Source: Mycolicibacterium smegmatis (GTDB lineage: Bacteria > Actinomycetota > Actinomycetes > Mycobacteriales > Mycobacteriaceae). From it: a stretch of 32,000 nt of DNA. The notes under the pieces were generated by a model. It saw only the letters and a list, made by a program, of their open reading frames with translations. It was not told the DNA's origin and did no database searches. Below are positions 1 to 9,621 of the stretch, piece after piece. How positions within the stretch are numbered: position 1 is the first letter of the stretch; every line of letters starts with the position of its first letter. The stretch is taken from contig NZ_LN831039.1 of assembly GCF_001457595.1 (NCBI RefSeq), positions 3,360,001-3,392,000 of the forward strand, given 5' to 3'. The translations under genes and the position numbers were made by a program.

Positions 1-23
1 AGGGCGAAGGAGAAGCCCGATGA
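1..23 (+). CDS. 3' end of an upstream gene (last 6 codons plus stop); by position probably tryptophan synthase beta chain, but too short to identify
   Basis: The frame is open from the window edge (..GEGEAR*). TGA at 21-23 overlaps the trpA ATG at 20-22 (ATGA). The trpB-trpA order is conserved in bacteria. Confidence 0.3.
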
Positions 24-808
24 GCCGACTGGGCGCAATGTTCGACAGCTGCCGCGCCGAAGACCGCGCCGCGCTGATCGGTTACCTGCCGACCGGGTTC
101 CCCGATGTGCCGACCTCGATCGCCGCGATGACCGCACTGGTCGAATCCGGTTGCGATCTGGTCGAAGTCGGCGTCCCGTACTCCGATCCCGGCATGGACG
201 GCCCGACGATCGCCGCGGCGACCGAGACGGCGCTCGCCGGCGGGGTCAAGGTGCGTGACACCCTGACCGCAGTCGAGGCCATCAGCAACGCTGGCGGCCG
301 CGCCGTGGTGATGACGTACTGGAATCCGGTGCTGCGCAAGGGTGTCGACGCCTTTGCGCGTGACCTGGCCAATGCGGGCGGCTACGGTCTGATCACCCCG
401 GACCTGATCCCCGAGGAAGCCGACGAGTGGATGGCGGCTTCCGAGGCGAACGACCTCGACCGCATCTTCCTGGTCGCCCCGTCGTCGACGCACGAACGCC
501 TCGCCAAGACCATCGAGGTGAGCCGCGGATTCGTCTACGCCGCCTCGACCATGGGTGTGACCGGCGCCCGCGACGCGGTGTCGTCGTCGGCCCCCGAACT
601 GGTGCGGCGCATCCGCGAGGTGTCCGACATCCCGGTCGGGGTCGGCCTCGGCGTGCGTTCAGGTGAGCAGGCCGCCCAGATCGGGTCGTACAGTGACGGC
701 GTGATCGTGGGCTCGGCATTGGTCGCCGCACTGCAGGACGGTGTGGATGCGGTGAGCCGCCTGACCGAAGAACTCGCCGGTGGTGTTCGGCGGAGGGTGT
801 CAGCTTGA
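20..808 (+). CDS. trpA: tryptophan synthase alpha subunit
   Basis: 262-aa ORF with typical TrpA sequence (LIGYLPTGFPD, EVGVPYSDPGMDGPTI, VYAASTMGVTGAR, GVGLGV..GVIVGSALV). AAGGAG lies 7 nt upstream of the ATG. Confidence 0.95.
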   Translation: MSRLGAMFDSCRAEDRAALIGYLPTGFPDVPTSIAAMTALVESGCDLVEVGVPYSDPGMDGPTIAAATETALAGGVKVRDTLTAVEAISNAGGRAVVMTYWNPVLRKGVDAFARDLANAGGYGLITPDLIPEEADEWMAASEANDLDRIFLVAPSSTHERLAKTIEVSRGFVYAASTMGVTGARDAVSSSAPELVRRIREVSDIPVGVGLGVRSGEQAAQIGSYSDGVIVGSALVAALQDGVDAVSRLTEELAGGVRRRVSA

Positions 809-2628
809 CCACAACCGTGCTCGCATACCTGCCCAGCCCCTCTCAGGGCGTCTGGCATCTGGGCCCGGTACCGATCCGCGCGTACGCGCTCTGCATCATC
901 GTCGGCATCGTCGCCGCGCTGGTCATCGGTGACCGTCGTTGGCAGGCCCGGGGTGGCGAGCCCGGCGTCATCTACGACATCGCGCTGTGGGCCGTGCCGT
1001 TCGGCCTGGCCGGTGGCCGGATCTACCACGTCATCACCGACTGGAAGACCTACTTCGGGCCCACCGGAAAAGGTTTCGGCGCGGCTCTGCAGATCTGGGA
1101 GGGCGGCCTCGGGATCTGGGGCGCGGTGGCGTTCGGTGCGGTGGGCGCGTGGATCGCCTGCCGCCTGCGCGGAATTCCCCTGCCCGCGTTCGGCGATGCG
1201 ATCGCGCCGGGCATCATCCTGGCGCAGGGCATCGGCCGGCTGGGCAACTACTTCAACCAGGAGCTTTACGGCCGGCCCACCGACGTGCCGTGGGGTCTGG
1301 AGATCTACGAACGGCTCAACAAGTTCGGGCAGTCCGATCAGCTCAACGGGGTGTCCACAGGCCAGGTCACGGCCGTGGTCCACCCCACGTTCCTGTACGA
1401 GTTGATCTGGAACATCGCGGTTTTCGGCTTCCTCATCTGGGTCGACCGCAAGTTCCGCATCGGTCATGGACGGCTGTTCGCCCTCTACGTGGCGTCGTAC
1501 TGCGTGGGCCGGTTCTGGGTCGAGTTGATGCGCAGCGACACCGCGACCGAGTTCGCCGGCATCCGCGTCAACACCTTCACCTCGACGTTCGTGTTCATCG
1601 GCGCCGTCGTCTACATCATGCTCGCACCCAAGGGCCGCGAGGAACCGGAATCGTTGCGTGGCAAGGCCGCCGACGAGACCGAAGAGGGCGACGAGGAGTC
1701 CCTGGTCGACGAGGCAGGCAAAGAACTGGTGGCGGCCGCCGCCGGAACCGGGGTGGTGGCTGCCGCCACGGCCGCGGCACGTGAGGACACCGACGACACC
1801 GACGGGACCACCGACCCCGCCGCGGCGTCCGACGAACCCGGCGACGAGGCCGAACCCGAAACCGAAGCGGCCACCGCGGTACTCACCGCGGATGGCGCCG
1901 AGGCCATGTCGGTCGACGAACAGCCCGACGATGACGAGGCCGTCGACGAAGGAGCCGGTCAGGAAGCCGAAGAACCGGCCGACGAGCTCGTCGAACTCGC
2001 CGACGAACCGGAAGGTGAGCCCGAACCCGCCGCCGCCGAGGAAGCCGAGCCGGCCGAGACCATCGAGCCCGACGAGGACGAGATTTTCGACGCCGAATTG
2101 GCTGAGGCGCTGGCGGAGGCTGCCGAGGACTTCGCCGTGGTGCCCGAGTCCGCCGGGTCCGACGAAGCCGAGGTGGCTGCGGCGGAATCGGCGGCGGACG
2201 CCGAGGACGGGCCTTCCGATGCCGAGTCGGCCGAGGTGCCGGCGGAGGCCGCGGCCGACGATGCCGTGGTGTCCGAGCCCGCCGGAACAGTCGACGAAAC
2301 CGAGGTCGCCGAAGAGGCTGCCGCCGAAGCGGCGGACCTCGAGTTCGAGTCCTACGACGCCGAGTTGGCCGAAGCGCTCGCGGAGGCTGCGGAGGACATG
2401 GCCGTGGTCGTCGACCCGGCCGAGACAGCCGAGTCCGACGAAGCCCGTGAGCCCGTCGAGACCGATGCCACGGAGTCCGAGGAACCGAGCGAACCCGAAG
2501 AGCCGGAAGCCCTAGACGAGAACGCCGACGAGACACGCGCAGAACCCGCTGCGCCCGCTGCGGTGGCAACTGCGCCGGTCGAGCCGGAAAAGGGGCGCCT
2601 GCGCCGGTGGTTGCGGCGCAACCGCTAG
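805..2628 (+). CDS. lgt: prolipoprotein diacylglyceryl transferase with a long acidic C-terminal extension
   Basis: TTG start overlaps the trpA stop (TTGA). The N-terminal ~280 aa form a polytopic Lgt domain (GIVAALVIG, GGRIYHV, GGLGIWGA, GRLGNYFNQELYGRPT, WGLEI). The remaining ~320 aa are a D/E/A/P-rich low-complexity tail in the same frame. Confidence 0.9.
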   Translation: MTTTVLAYLPSPSQGVWHLGPVPIRAYALCIIVGIVAALVIGDRRWQARGGEPGVIYDIALWAVPFGLAGGRIYHVITDWKTYFGPTGKGFGAALQIWEGGLGIWGAVAFGAVGAWIACRLRGIPLPAFGDAIAPGIILAQGIGRLGNYFNQELYGRPTDVPWGLEIYERLNKFGQSDQLNGVSTGQVTAVVHPTFLYELIWNIAVFGFLIWVDRKFRIGHGRLFALYVASYCVGRFWVELMRSDTATEFAGIRVNTFTSTFVFIGAVVYIMLAPKGREEPESLRGKAADETEEGDEESLVDEAGKELVAAAAGTGVVAAATAAAREDTDDTDGTTDPAAASDEPGDEAEPETEAATAVLTADGAEAMSVDEQPDDDEAVDEGAGQEAEEPADELVELADEPEGEPEPAAAEEAEPAETIEPDEDEIFDAELAEALAEAAEDFAVVPESAGSDEAEVAAAESAADAEDGPSDAESAEVPAEAAADDAVVSEPAGTVDETEVAEEAAAEAADLEFESYDAELAEALAEAAEDMAVVVDPAETAESDEAREPVETDATESEEPSEPEEPEALDENADETRAEPAAPAAVATAPVEPEKGRLRRWLRRNR

Positions 2629-2652
2629 CCGGGCCTCTGGCATCCTGGCTGT

Positions 2653-3042
2653 ATGACTGACTCACCGTCGTCCGGGGGCTCCTACGACGCGGGATCGCCT
2701 CCGCCCTACCCACCGCCCGCGGGCTATCCGCCGCCTCCTCCTGGCTATCCGCCGGTGTACGGCGACCCGACCGCGCCGTACGGCAGGCACCCCGTCACCG
2801 GTGAGCCGTTCTCGGACAAGTCCAAGATCGTCGCGGGCCTGTTGCAGTTGATCGGCCTGGTCGGTTTCGTCGGGTTCGGGCGGATCTATCTGGGGCAGAC
2901 CGGGCTCGGCATCGCGCAGCTGATCGTGGGCCTGGTGACGTGTGGCATCGGTGCCTTCATCTGGGGCATCGTCGATGCGATCCTCATCCTCACCGACAAG
3001 GTGCGCGACCCGTACGGCCGCCCGCTGCGCGATGGAACCTAG
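2653..3042 (+). CDS. TM2 domain-containing small membrane protein with a Pro/Tyr-rich N-terminus
   Basis: 129-aa ORF. The N-terminus is PPPYPPPAGYPPPPPGYPPVYGDP. Two hydrophobic helices follow (GLLQLIGLVGFVGFGRIYLG / GIAQLIVGLVTCGIGAFIWGIVDAILIL), which is typical of the TM2 family. Confidence 0.8.
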   Translation: MTDSPSSGGSYDAGSPPPYPPPAGYPPPPPGYPPVYGDPTAPYGRHPVTGEPFSDKSKIVAGLLQLIGLVGFVGFGRIYLGQTGLGIAQLIVGLVTCGIGAFIWGIVDAILILTDKVRDPYGRPLRDGT

Positions 3043-3445
3043 CGAACGGATCGACCACCTTCGCACGCGCCGCGCGGCGCTCGGCGCGGGTGCGCTGTTC
3101 GCCGGCGCGCTCGCCTACCTCGGATTCGCCGATCCGCACCGGCCGGGCTTCCTGTTCCCGCCGTGCCCGTTCAAGATGCTCACGGGCTGGGACTGCCCTG
3201 GGTGCGGCGGACTGCGCATGACGCACGACCTGCTGCACGGCGACGTGGCGGCCGCGGTCGTCGACAACGTGTTCGCGCTGGTCGCCCTGCCGGTGCTGCT
3301 CGCCTGGGCGATCGTGCGGCGACGCTCGGGAAAGCCGGTGTTCACGGTGGCGGTCGTCGCTGTGATCTTGGTGTCGGCCGCCGTGTGGACCGTCACGCGC
3401 AATCTGCCCGGGTTCCCGCTGGTGCCGACGATGCTGCCTTCGTAG
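3032..3445 (+). CDS. DUF2752-type small membrane protein (Cys-rich CPF..CPGCGG motif)
   Basis: ATG at 3032 overlaps the TM2 gene stop by 11 nt. The sequence [30 protein letters not shown] followed by hydrophobic helices matches my memory of DUF2752. The track ORF start at 2942 lies inside the TM2 gene and is rejected. Confidence 0.7.
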   Translation: MEPSERIDHLRTRRAALGAGALFAGALAYLGFADPHRPGFLFPPCPFKMLTGWDCPGCGGLRMTHDLLHGDVAAAVVDNVFALVALPVLLAWAIVRRRSGKPVFTVAVVAVILVSAAVWTVTRNLPGFPLVPTMLPS

Positions 3446-3530
3446 GCGGTTACCTGCACTGATACACTGGTCGAGCGGGCCGGTGCAGTCCCGGGACCTG
3501 GAAGTTCCGGACTGTGGAGGTGCAATCCCA

Positions 3531-6500
3531 GTGCTCTACTCGGCGTTGCCAGACGCTCAGGGTCTATATGACCCGCAAAATGAGGCCGATTCGTGCGGTG
3601 TCGCGATGATCGCCGACATCCAGGGGCGCAAGTCGCACCGAATCGTCTCCGACGGCCTGATCGCACTGGAGAACCTCGAACATCGCGGCGCGGCCGGTGC
3701 GGAGGCCTCCAGCGGCGACGGCGCGGGCATCCTGATCCAGCTCCCCGTCGAATTGCTCCGCGAGGTGGTCGATTTCGAGCTGCCCGCTCCCACAGCCGAT
3801 GGTGACAACACCTTCGCTGCCGGTGTGTGCTTCCTGCCGCAGGATCCCGTGGCGCGGTCGGCCGCGCGTGAGCGCATCGAGGCGATCGCCGTCGAAGAAG
3901 GTCTTGAGGTGCTCGGGTGGCGCAAGCTGCCGGTCGACCCCGACGGCGCAGGCATCGGTGCGACGGCACTGGGCTGCATGCCGTACATGGCGCAGTTCTT
4001 CGTGACGGCTCCGGAGACCGGGGGAGCGCGGCCCGCCGGCATCGACCTGGACCGGCTGGTCTATCCGGTGCGCAAGCGGGCCGAACGCGAGGACGTGTAC
4101 TTCCCCACACTGTCCAGCCGCACCATGGTCTACAAGGGCATGTTGACGACGATGCAGCTGCCCCAGTACTTCCTGGATCTGCGTGACGAGCGGTGCCAGA
4201 GCGCGATCGCCATCGTGCACTCCCGCTTCTCCACCAACACCTTCCCGTCGTGGCCGCTGGCGCACCCCTTCCGGTTCGTCGCCCACAACGGCGAGATCAA
4301 CACCGTGCGCGGCAACCGCAACCGGATGCATGCGCGTGAGGCCAAGCTGGCCAGCCCGCTGATCCCCGGCGATCTGAGCCGCCTGTCACCCATCTGTTCA
4401 CCCGAGGCCTCCGACTCGGCGTCGTTCGACGAGGTGCTGGAGTTGCTGCACCTCGGTGGGCGCAGCCTCCCGCACGCGGTGTTGATGATGATCCCCGAGG
4501 CGTGGGAGAACGCGACCACGATGGGCGCCGCCGAGCGCGCGTTCTGGCAGTTCCACGCCTCGCTCATGGAACCGTGGGACGGCCCGGCGTGTGTGACGTT
4601 CACCGACGGCACCGTCGTCGGTGCGGTCCTCGACCGCAACGGTCTGCGCCCCGGACGCTGGTGGCGCACCGTCGACGACAGGGTCATCCTGGCCAGCGAG
4701 GCCGGCGTGCTCGACGTGCCGTCGGGCGAGATCGTCGCGAAGGGCCGGCTGCAGCCGGGCAAGATGTTCCTGATCGACACCGCGGCCGGCCGCATCGTGC
4801 CGGACGACGAGATCAAGGCCCAGCTGTCGGCCGCCGAACCGTACGAGGAATGGCTGCACGCGGGTCTGCTGGACCTCAAGACCCTGCCGGAGCGCGGGGT
4901 CGCAAAACCCAACCACGACTCGGTGGTGCGGCGCCAGATCGCCTTCGGCTACACCGAGGAGGAACTGCGCGTCCTGCTCACCCCGATGGCCGCGTCGGGC
5001 AACGAGCCGCTCGGCTCGATGGGCACCGACACCCCCACCGCGGTGCTGTCGTCACGCTCACGGCTGCTCTACGACTACTTCGTCGAACTGTTCGCGCAGG
5101 TGACCAACCCGCCGCTGGACGCGATCCGTGAAGAGGTCGTCACCTCGATGGCCCGCGTCATGGGGCCCGAGGAGAACCTGCTGGAGCCGACGGCGGCCTC
5201 GTGCCGCCAGATCGTGCTGCGCGCACCGGTGATCGACAACGACGACCTGGGCAAGATCGTCCACATCAACGACGACGGCGAGCATCCCGGGCTTCGCGCC
5301 ACGGTGCTGCGCGCGCTGTACGACGTCGAACGCGGCGGTGAGGGGCTCGCCGAGGCGCTCGACGACCTGCGGCGTCGGGCCAGTGAGGCGATCGCCGACG
5401 GCAAGCGGATCCTGGTGATCTCCGATCGCGACTCCGACCACACCCGCGCACCCATCCCGTCGCTGCTCGCGGTGTCGGCGGTGCACCACCACCTGGTGCG
5501 CACCAAGGAACGCACCAAGGTGGCGCTCGTGGTGGAGAGCGGCGACGCCCGCGAGGTCCACCACATCGCGTTGCTCATCGGTTTCGGTGCGGCCGCGGTG
5601 AACCCGTACCTGGCATTCGAGTCGATCGAGGACCTCATCCGCGAGGGCGAGCTCACCGGCATCGAACCGGCCGCCGCGGTGCGCAACTACATCAAGGCGC
5701 TGTGCAAGGGCGTGGTCAAGGTGATGAGCAAGATGGGCATCTCCACGGTCGCGTCCTACACCGCCGCGCAGGTTTTCGAGGCGATCGGCCTGGACCGCGG
5801 TGTGATCGACGAGTACTTCACCGGCACCACCAGCCAGCTCGGCGGTGTCGGGCTCGACGTGCTCGCCGACGAGGTCAAGATGCGGCATCGCCGTGCCTAC
5901 CCCGAGAACCCCACCGAACGGGTGCACCGCAGGCTCGAGGTGGGCGGTGAGTACGCGTTCCGTCGTGAGGGCGAGCTTCACCTGTTCACCCCGGAAGTGG
6001 TGTTCCTGCTTCAGCATTCGACGCGCACCGGCCGGCGTGACATCTTCGCGAAGTACTCCGAGGAGGTCGACCGGCTGTCCCGCAAGGGCGGCACGCTGCG
6101 CGGGCTGTTCGAGTTGAAGACGGGCGTGCGCCCCCCGGTTCCGCTCGAAGAGGTCGAGCCGGTCGAGTCGATCGTCACCCGGTTCAACACCGGCGCCATG
6201 AGCTACGGGTCGATCTCGGCCGAGGCCCACGAGACCATGGCGATCGCGATGAACAAGCTGGGTGGGCGGTCCAACAGCGGCGAGGGCGGCGAAGACGTCG
6301 ACCGCCTCTACGATCCGCGCAGGCGCAGCGCGGTCAAGCAGGTCGCGTCGGGACGTTTCGGTGTCACCAGCGACTATCTGGTGAATGCCACCGACATCCA
6401 GATCAAGATGGCTCAAGGCGCGAAACCCGGTGAGGGCGGTCAGCTTCCGGGCTACAAGGTGTATCCCAACATCGCCAAGACCCGCCATTCCACTCCGGGT

Positions 6501-8087
6501 GTCGGGCTGATCTCGCCGCCGCCGCACCACGACATCTACTCCATCGAGGATCTCGCTCAGCTGATCCACGACCTGAAGAACGCCAACTCCGACGCCCGCA
6601 TCCACGTCAAGCTCGTCAGCAGCGTCGGGGTGGGCACGGTCGCGGCCGGTGTGTCGAAGGCGCACGCGGACGTGGTGCTGATCTCCGGGCACGACGGCGG
6701 CACCGGCGCGGCGCCGTTGACCTCGCTCAAGCACGCGGGCGCGCCATGGGAGATCGGCCTGGCCGACACCCAGCAGACGTTGGTGCTCAACGGTTTGCGG
6801 GACCGCATCACCGTGCAGTGCGACGGTGGTCTGCGCACCGCGCGTGACGTCGTCGTCGCCATGCTCCTTGGGGCCGAGGAATACGGCTTCGCGACAGCGC
6901 CCCTGGTGGTCTCGGGCTGCATCATGATGCGGGTGTGTCATCTCGACACCTGCCCGGTCGGTGTCGCGACGCAGAACCCCGAGCTGCGGGCCCGCTTCAA
7001 CGGCAAACCCGAATTCGTGGAGAACTTCTTCACGTTCATCGCCGAGGACATCCGCAGGTACCTGGCCGAACTGGGTTTCCGCAGCATCGACGAGGCCGTC
7101 GGGCACGCCGAACTGCTCGACACCGCAGAAGGTGTGGCGCACTGGAAGACTCGTGGCCTGGATCTGGACCCCATTTTCGCGGTGCCCACCGACGCCCATG
7201 GCGCCAAGCTCACGCAGCGCCGCAAACTGCGCGAACAGGACCACGGACTCGATCAGGCCCTGGACCGCACCCTCATCCAGCTGGCCGAAGGGGCGCTGGA
7301 AGACGCCCATGCGGTGCGGCTGGAACTGCCGGTGCGCAACGTCAACCGCACCGTCGGCACCCTGCTGGGGTCGGAGGTGACGCGCCGCTACGGCGCCGCG
7401 GGGCTGCCCGACGACACGATCCACGTCACGCTGACCGGATCGGCCGGTCAGTCGATCGGTGCGTTCCTGCCGCCGGGCATCACGCTCGAGCTGGTCGGTG
7501 ACGCCAACGACTATGTCGGCAAGGGACTTTCCGGCGGACGTGTGGTCGTGCGGCCACCGGACGACGTGCTGTTCCTGCCGGAGGACAACGTCATAGCAGG
7601 CAACACCCTGATGTACGGCGCCACCTCGGGTGAGGTGTACCTGCGCGGACGGGTCGGGGAACGCTTCTGCGCCCGCAACTCCGGGGCTCTCGCGGTCGTC
7701 GAGGGCGTCGGCGATCACGCCTGCGAGTACATGACCGGCGGCCGGGTGGTCATCCTCGGCAAGACGGGGCGCAACATGGCGGCAGGCATGTCCGGCGGCA
7801 TCGCCTTCGTGCTGGGGCTGGACCCGGCGAGGGTGAACACCGAGATGGTGCAGCTGCAGCGGCTCGATCCCGAGGACCTGGAGTGGTTGCACCACGTGGT
7901 CACCCACCACGTGCGCTACACCGGGAGCACGCTGGGCACCTCGCTGTTGTCCGACTGGCCAAGGCGCAGTGCCCAATTCACCAAGATAATGCCCACCGAC
8001 TATCAGCGCGTCCTGCAGGCGACCCGCATGGCCAAGGCCGAGGGCCGGGACGTCGACAGCGCGATCATGGAGGCCAGCCGTGGCTGA
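3531..8087 (+). CDS. gltB: glutamate synthase (GOGAT) large subunit
   Basis: Ntn-amidotransferase Cys (SCGVAMIAD), [18 protein letters not shown], an FMN/Fe-S central domain (GEGGEDV.., [29 protein letters not shown]) and a C-terminal GXGXG beta-helix. GTG at 3531 is preceded by GGAGG at 3515-3519. An alternative GTG at 3483 would add 16 aa. Confidence 0.95.
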   Translation: MLYSALPDAQGLYDPQNEADSCGVAMIADIQGRKSHRIVSDGLIALENLEHRGAAGAEASSGDGAGILIQLPVELLREVVDFELPAPTADGDNTFAAGVCFLPQDPVARSAARERIEAIAVEEGLEVLGWRKLPVDPDGAGIGATALGCMPYMAQFFVTAPETGGARPAGIDLDRLVYPVRKRAEREDVYFPTLSSRTMVYKGMLTTMQLPQYFLDLRDERCQSAIAIVHSRFSTNTFPSWPLAHPFRFVAHNGEINTVRGNRNRMHAREAKLASPLIPGDLSRLSPICSPEASDSASFDEVLELLHLGGRSLPHAVLMMIPEAWENATTMGAAERAFWQFHASLMEPWDGPACVTFTDGTVVGAVLDRNGLRPGRWWRTVDDRVILASEAGVLDVPSGEIVAKGRLQPGKMFLIDTAAGRIVPDDEIKAQLSAAEPYEEWLHAGLLDLKTLPERGVAKPNHDSVVRRQIAFGYTEEELRVLLTPMAASGNEPLGSMGTDTPTAVLSSRSRLLYDYFVELFAQVTNPPLDAIREEVVTSMARVMGPEENLLEPTAASCRQIVLRAPVIDNDDLGKIVHINDDGEHPGLRATVLRALYDVERGGEGLAEALDDLRRRASEAIADGKRILVISDRDSDHTRAPIPSLLAVSAVHHHLVRTKERTKVALVVESGDAREVHHIALLIGFGAAAVNPYLAFESIEDLIREGELTGIEPAAAVRNYIKALCKGVVKVMSKMGISTVASYTAAQVFEAIGLDRGVIDEYFTGTTSQLGGVGLDVLADEVKMRHRRAYPENPTERVHRRLEVGGEYAFRREGELHLFTPEVVFLLQHSTRTGRRDIFAKYSEEVDRLSRKGGTLRGLFELKTGVRPPVPLEEVEPVESIVTRFNTGAMSYGSISAEAHETMAIAMNKLGGRSNSGEGGEDVDRLYDPRRRSAVKQVASGRFGVTSDYLVNATDIQIKMAQGAKPGEGGQLPGYKVYPNIAKTRHSTPGVGLISPPPHHDIYSIEDLAQLIHDLKNANSDARIHVKLVSSVGVGTVAAGVSKAHADVVLISGHDGGTGAAPLTSLKHAGAPWEIGLADTQQTLVLNGLRDRITVQCDGGLRTARDVVVAMLLGAEEYGFATAPLVVSGCIMMRVCHLDTCPVGVATQNPELRARFNGKPEFVENFFTFIAEDIRRYLAELGFRSIDEAVGHAELLDTAEGVAHWKTRGLDLDPIFAVPTDAHGAKLTQRRKLREQDHGLDQALDRTLIQLAEGALEDAHAVRLELPVRNVNRTVGTLLGSEVTRRYGAAGLPDDTIHVTLTGSAGQSIGAFLPPGITLELVGDANDYVGKGLSGGRVVVRPPDDVLFLPEDNVIAGNTLMYGATSGEVYLRGRVGERFCARNSGALAVVEGVGDHACEYMTGGRVVILGKTGRNMAAGMSGGIAFVLGLDPARVNTEMVQLQRLDPEDLEWLHHVVTHHVRYTGSTLGTSLLSDWPRRSAQFTKIMPTDYQRVLQATRMAKAEGRDVDSAIMEASRG

Positions 8088-9582
8088 TCCCACCGGATTC
8101 CTACGTGTACCGAAGATCGAGGCCGCCAAGCGGCCCGTCGACGAACGTGTCGGCGACTGGCGTGAGGTGTACGAACGCCAGGACCCGCACGAGCGTGCGG
8201 GCGAGGTGTCGCAGCAGGCACGCCGCTGCATGGACTGCGGTATCCCGTTCTGTCACTCCGGAACTGCCGGGTGCCCGCTGGGCAACCTGATCCCGGAGTG
8301 GAACGACCTGGTGCGCCGCGGGCGCTGGGACGCCGCGAGCGACCGGTTGCACGCGACCAACAACTTCCCGGAGTTCACCGGACGGTTGTGCCCCGCGCCG
8401 TGTGAGGCGGCGTGCGTGCTGTCGATCTCCGAGGAGCACACCGGAGGCAGCGTCACCATCAAACGCATCGAGCAGTCCATCGCCGACCAGGCGTGGATGG
8501 ACGGCACGGTCGAACCGCAGCCGGCCCAGATCTCGACGGGCAAGAGCGTCGCGGTGGTCGGTTCGGGGCCTGCGGGACTCGCTGCGGCACAACAGCTCAC
8601 ACGCGCCGGGCACGAGGTGACGGTCTACGAGCGCGACGACCGGCTCGGCGGACTGCTGCGCTACGGCATCCCCGAGTACAAGCTGGAGAAGGCGACGCTG
8701 AACCAGCGGCTGGCGCAGATGCGCGCCGAGGGCACCCGGTTCGTCACCGAGTGCGAGGTCGGCGTCGACGTGTCGGTCGAGCAGTTGCGTAACCGGCACC
8801 AGGCCGTGGTGCTCGCCGTCGGCGCGCTGCGCGGCCGCGACAACGACGTGCCCGGGCGCGAACTGGCCGGGGTGCACCTGGCGATGGAGCATCTCGTGCC
8901 GGCCAACCGCGAGTGCGAGGGCGACGGCCCGTCGCCGATCTCGGCGGCAGGCAAGCACGTCGTCATCATCGGTGGCGGTGACACCGGCGCGGACTGCCTG
9001 GGCACCGCGCACCGTCAGGGCGCGGCGTCGGTGACGCAGCTCGACTACAACCCCGAGCCCCCCGAGCGGCGCGACGACACCCTGTCCCCGTGGCCGACGT
9101 GGCCGCTGGTGCTGCGCACCTCGCCCGCGCACGCCGAGGGTGGAGCACGGCGCTTCGAGGTGGCCGTCCAGCGCTTCGTGGGTGACGACAACGGCCATGT
9201 GCGTGCCGTCGAGATCGCCGAGGTGCGGGTCATCAGGGACGCCGAGGGACGTAGGCAGATCACGCCTGTGGGGGAGCCGCTGGAGATTCCCTGCGACCTG
9301 GCGCTGCTGGCGATCGGTTTCGAGGGTGTCGAGCACATGCCTCTGCTGGACGACCTCCACGTCGAGCTCAACAAGCGGGGCGCCATTCCGTGTGGCTCGG
9401 ACTGGCAGACCGACGCGCCTGGGGTGTTCGTGTGCGGTGACGCGCACCGCGGGGCCTCCCTGGTGGTGTGGGCCATCGCCGAGGGTCGCAGCGCCGCACA
9501 CGCCGTGGACGCCTACCTGATGGGCGAGTCGGATCTCCCGTCCCCGGTGCGTCCGGGCACGCTGCCCCTGGCCGTCGTCTGA
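8080..9582 (+). CDS. gltD: glutamate synthase small subunit (NADPH-dependent)
   Basis: GTG start overlaps the gltB stop (GTGGCTGA). Cys clusters CMDCGIPFC and CPAPCEAAC, dinucleotide fold [27 protein letters not shown]. 500 aa. Confidence 0.95.
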   Translation: MADPTGFLRVPKIEAAKRPVDERVGDWREVYERQDPHERAGEVSQQARRCMDCGIPFCHSGTAGCPLGNLIPEWNDLVRRGRWDAASDRLHATNNFPEFTGRLCPAPCEAACVLSISEEHTGGSVTIKRIEQSIADQAWMDGTVEPQPAQISTGKSVAVVGSGPAGLAAAQQLTRAGHEVTVYERDDRLGGLLRYGIPEYKLEKATLNQRLAQMRAEGTRFVTECEVGVDVSVEQLRNRHQAVVLAVGALRGRDNDVPGRELAGVHLAMEHLVPANRECEGDGPSPISAAGKHVVIIGGGDTGADCLGTAHRQGAASVTQLDYNPEPPERRDDTLSPWPTWPLVLRTSPAHAEGGARRFEVAVQRFVGDDNGHVRAVEIAEVRVIRDAEGRRQITPVGEPLEIPCDLALLAIGFEGVEHMPLLDDLHVELNKRGAIPCGSDWQTDAPGVFVCGDAHRGASLVVWAIAEGRSAAHAVDAYLMGESDLPSPVRPGTLPLAVV

Positions 9583-9596
9583 ATCGTCGTCTGAAT
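9573..9596. repeat. perfect tandem duplication of a 12-mer (CGTCGTCTGAAT x2) spanning the gltD stop codon
   Basis: Read directly: 9573-9584 and 9585-9596 are identical. TGA at 9580-9582 is the gltD stop. Confidence 0.9.
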
Positions 9597-9621
9597 CGAT
9601 CAACGACTATGCTCGGCAGAT

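Noticed and set aside
1658-2713. Pro/Arg-rich ORFs in other frames across the lgt tail (1658-2515 on + and 1883-2713 on -), and the possibility that the repetitive tail is a CRISPR-like or tandem-repeat array
   Set aside because: The only clear repeat is a two-copy, diverged ~57-nt module separated by ~210 nt, which is not a regular repeat-spacer array. The acidic frame is continuous with the Lgt domain, while the other frames are mirror-image artefacts of GAG/GAC/GCC-rich coding.
5058-8231. 1057-aa ORF on the - strand, antisense to gltB, along with many shorter antisense or alternate-frame ORFs across 3115-8290
   Set aside because: It lies entirely within the strongly supported gltB/gltD coding regions. 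The translation is an Arg/Gly/Ala/Val/His-rich low-complexity product with no recognisable motifs. Long stop-free antisense frames are expected in DNA this GC-rich.
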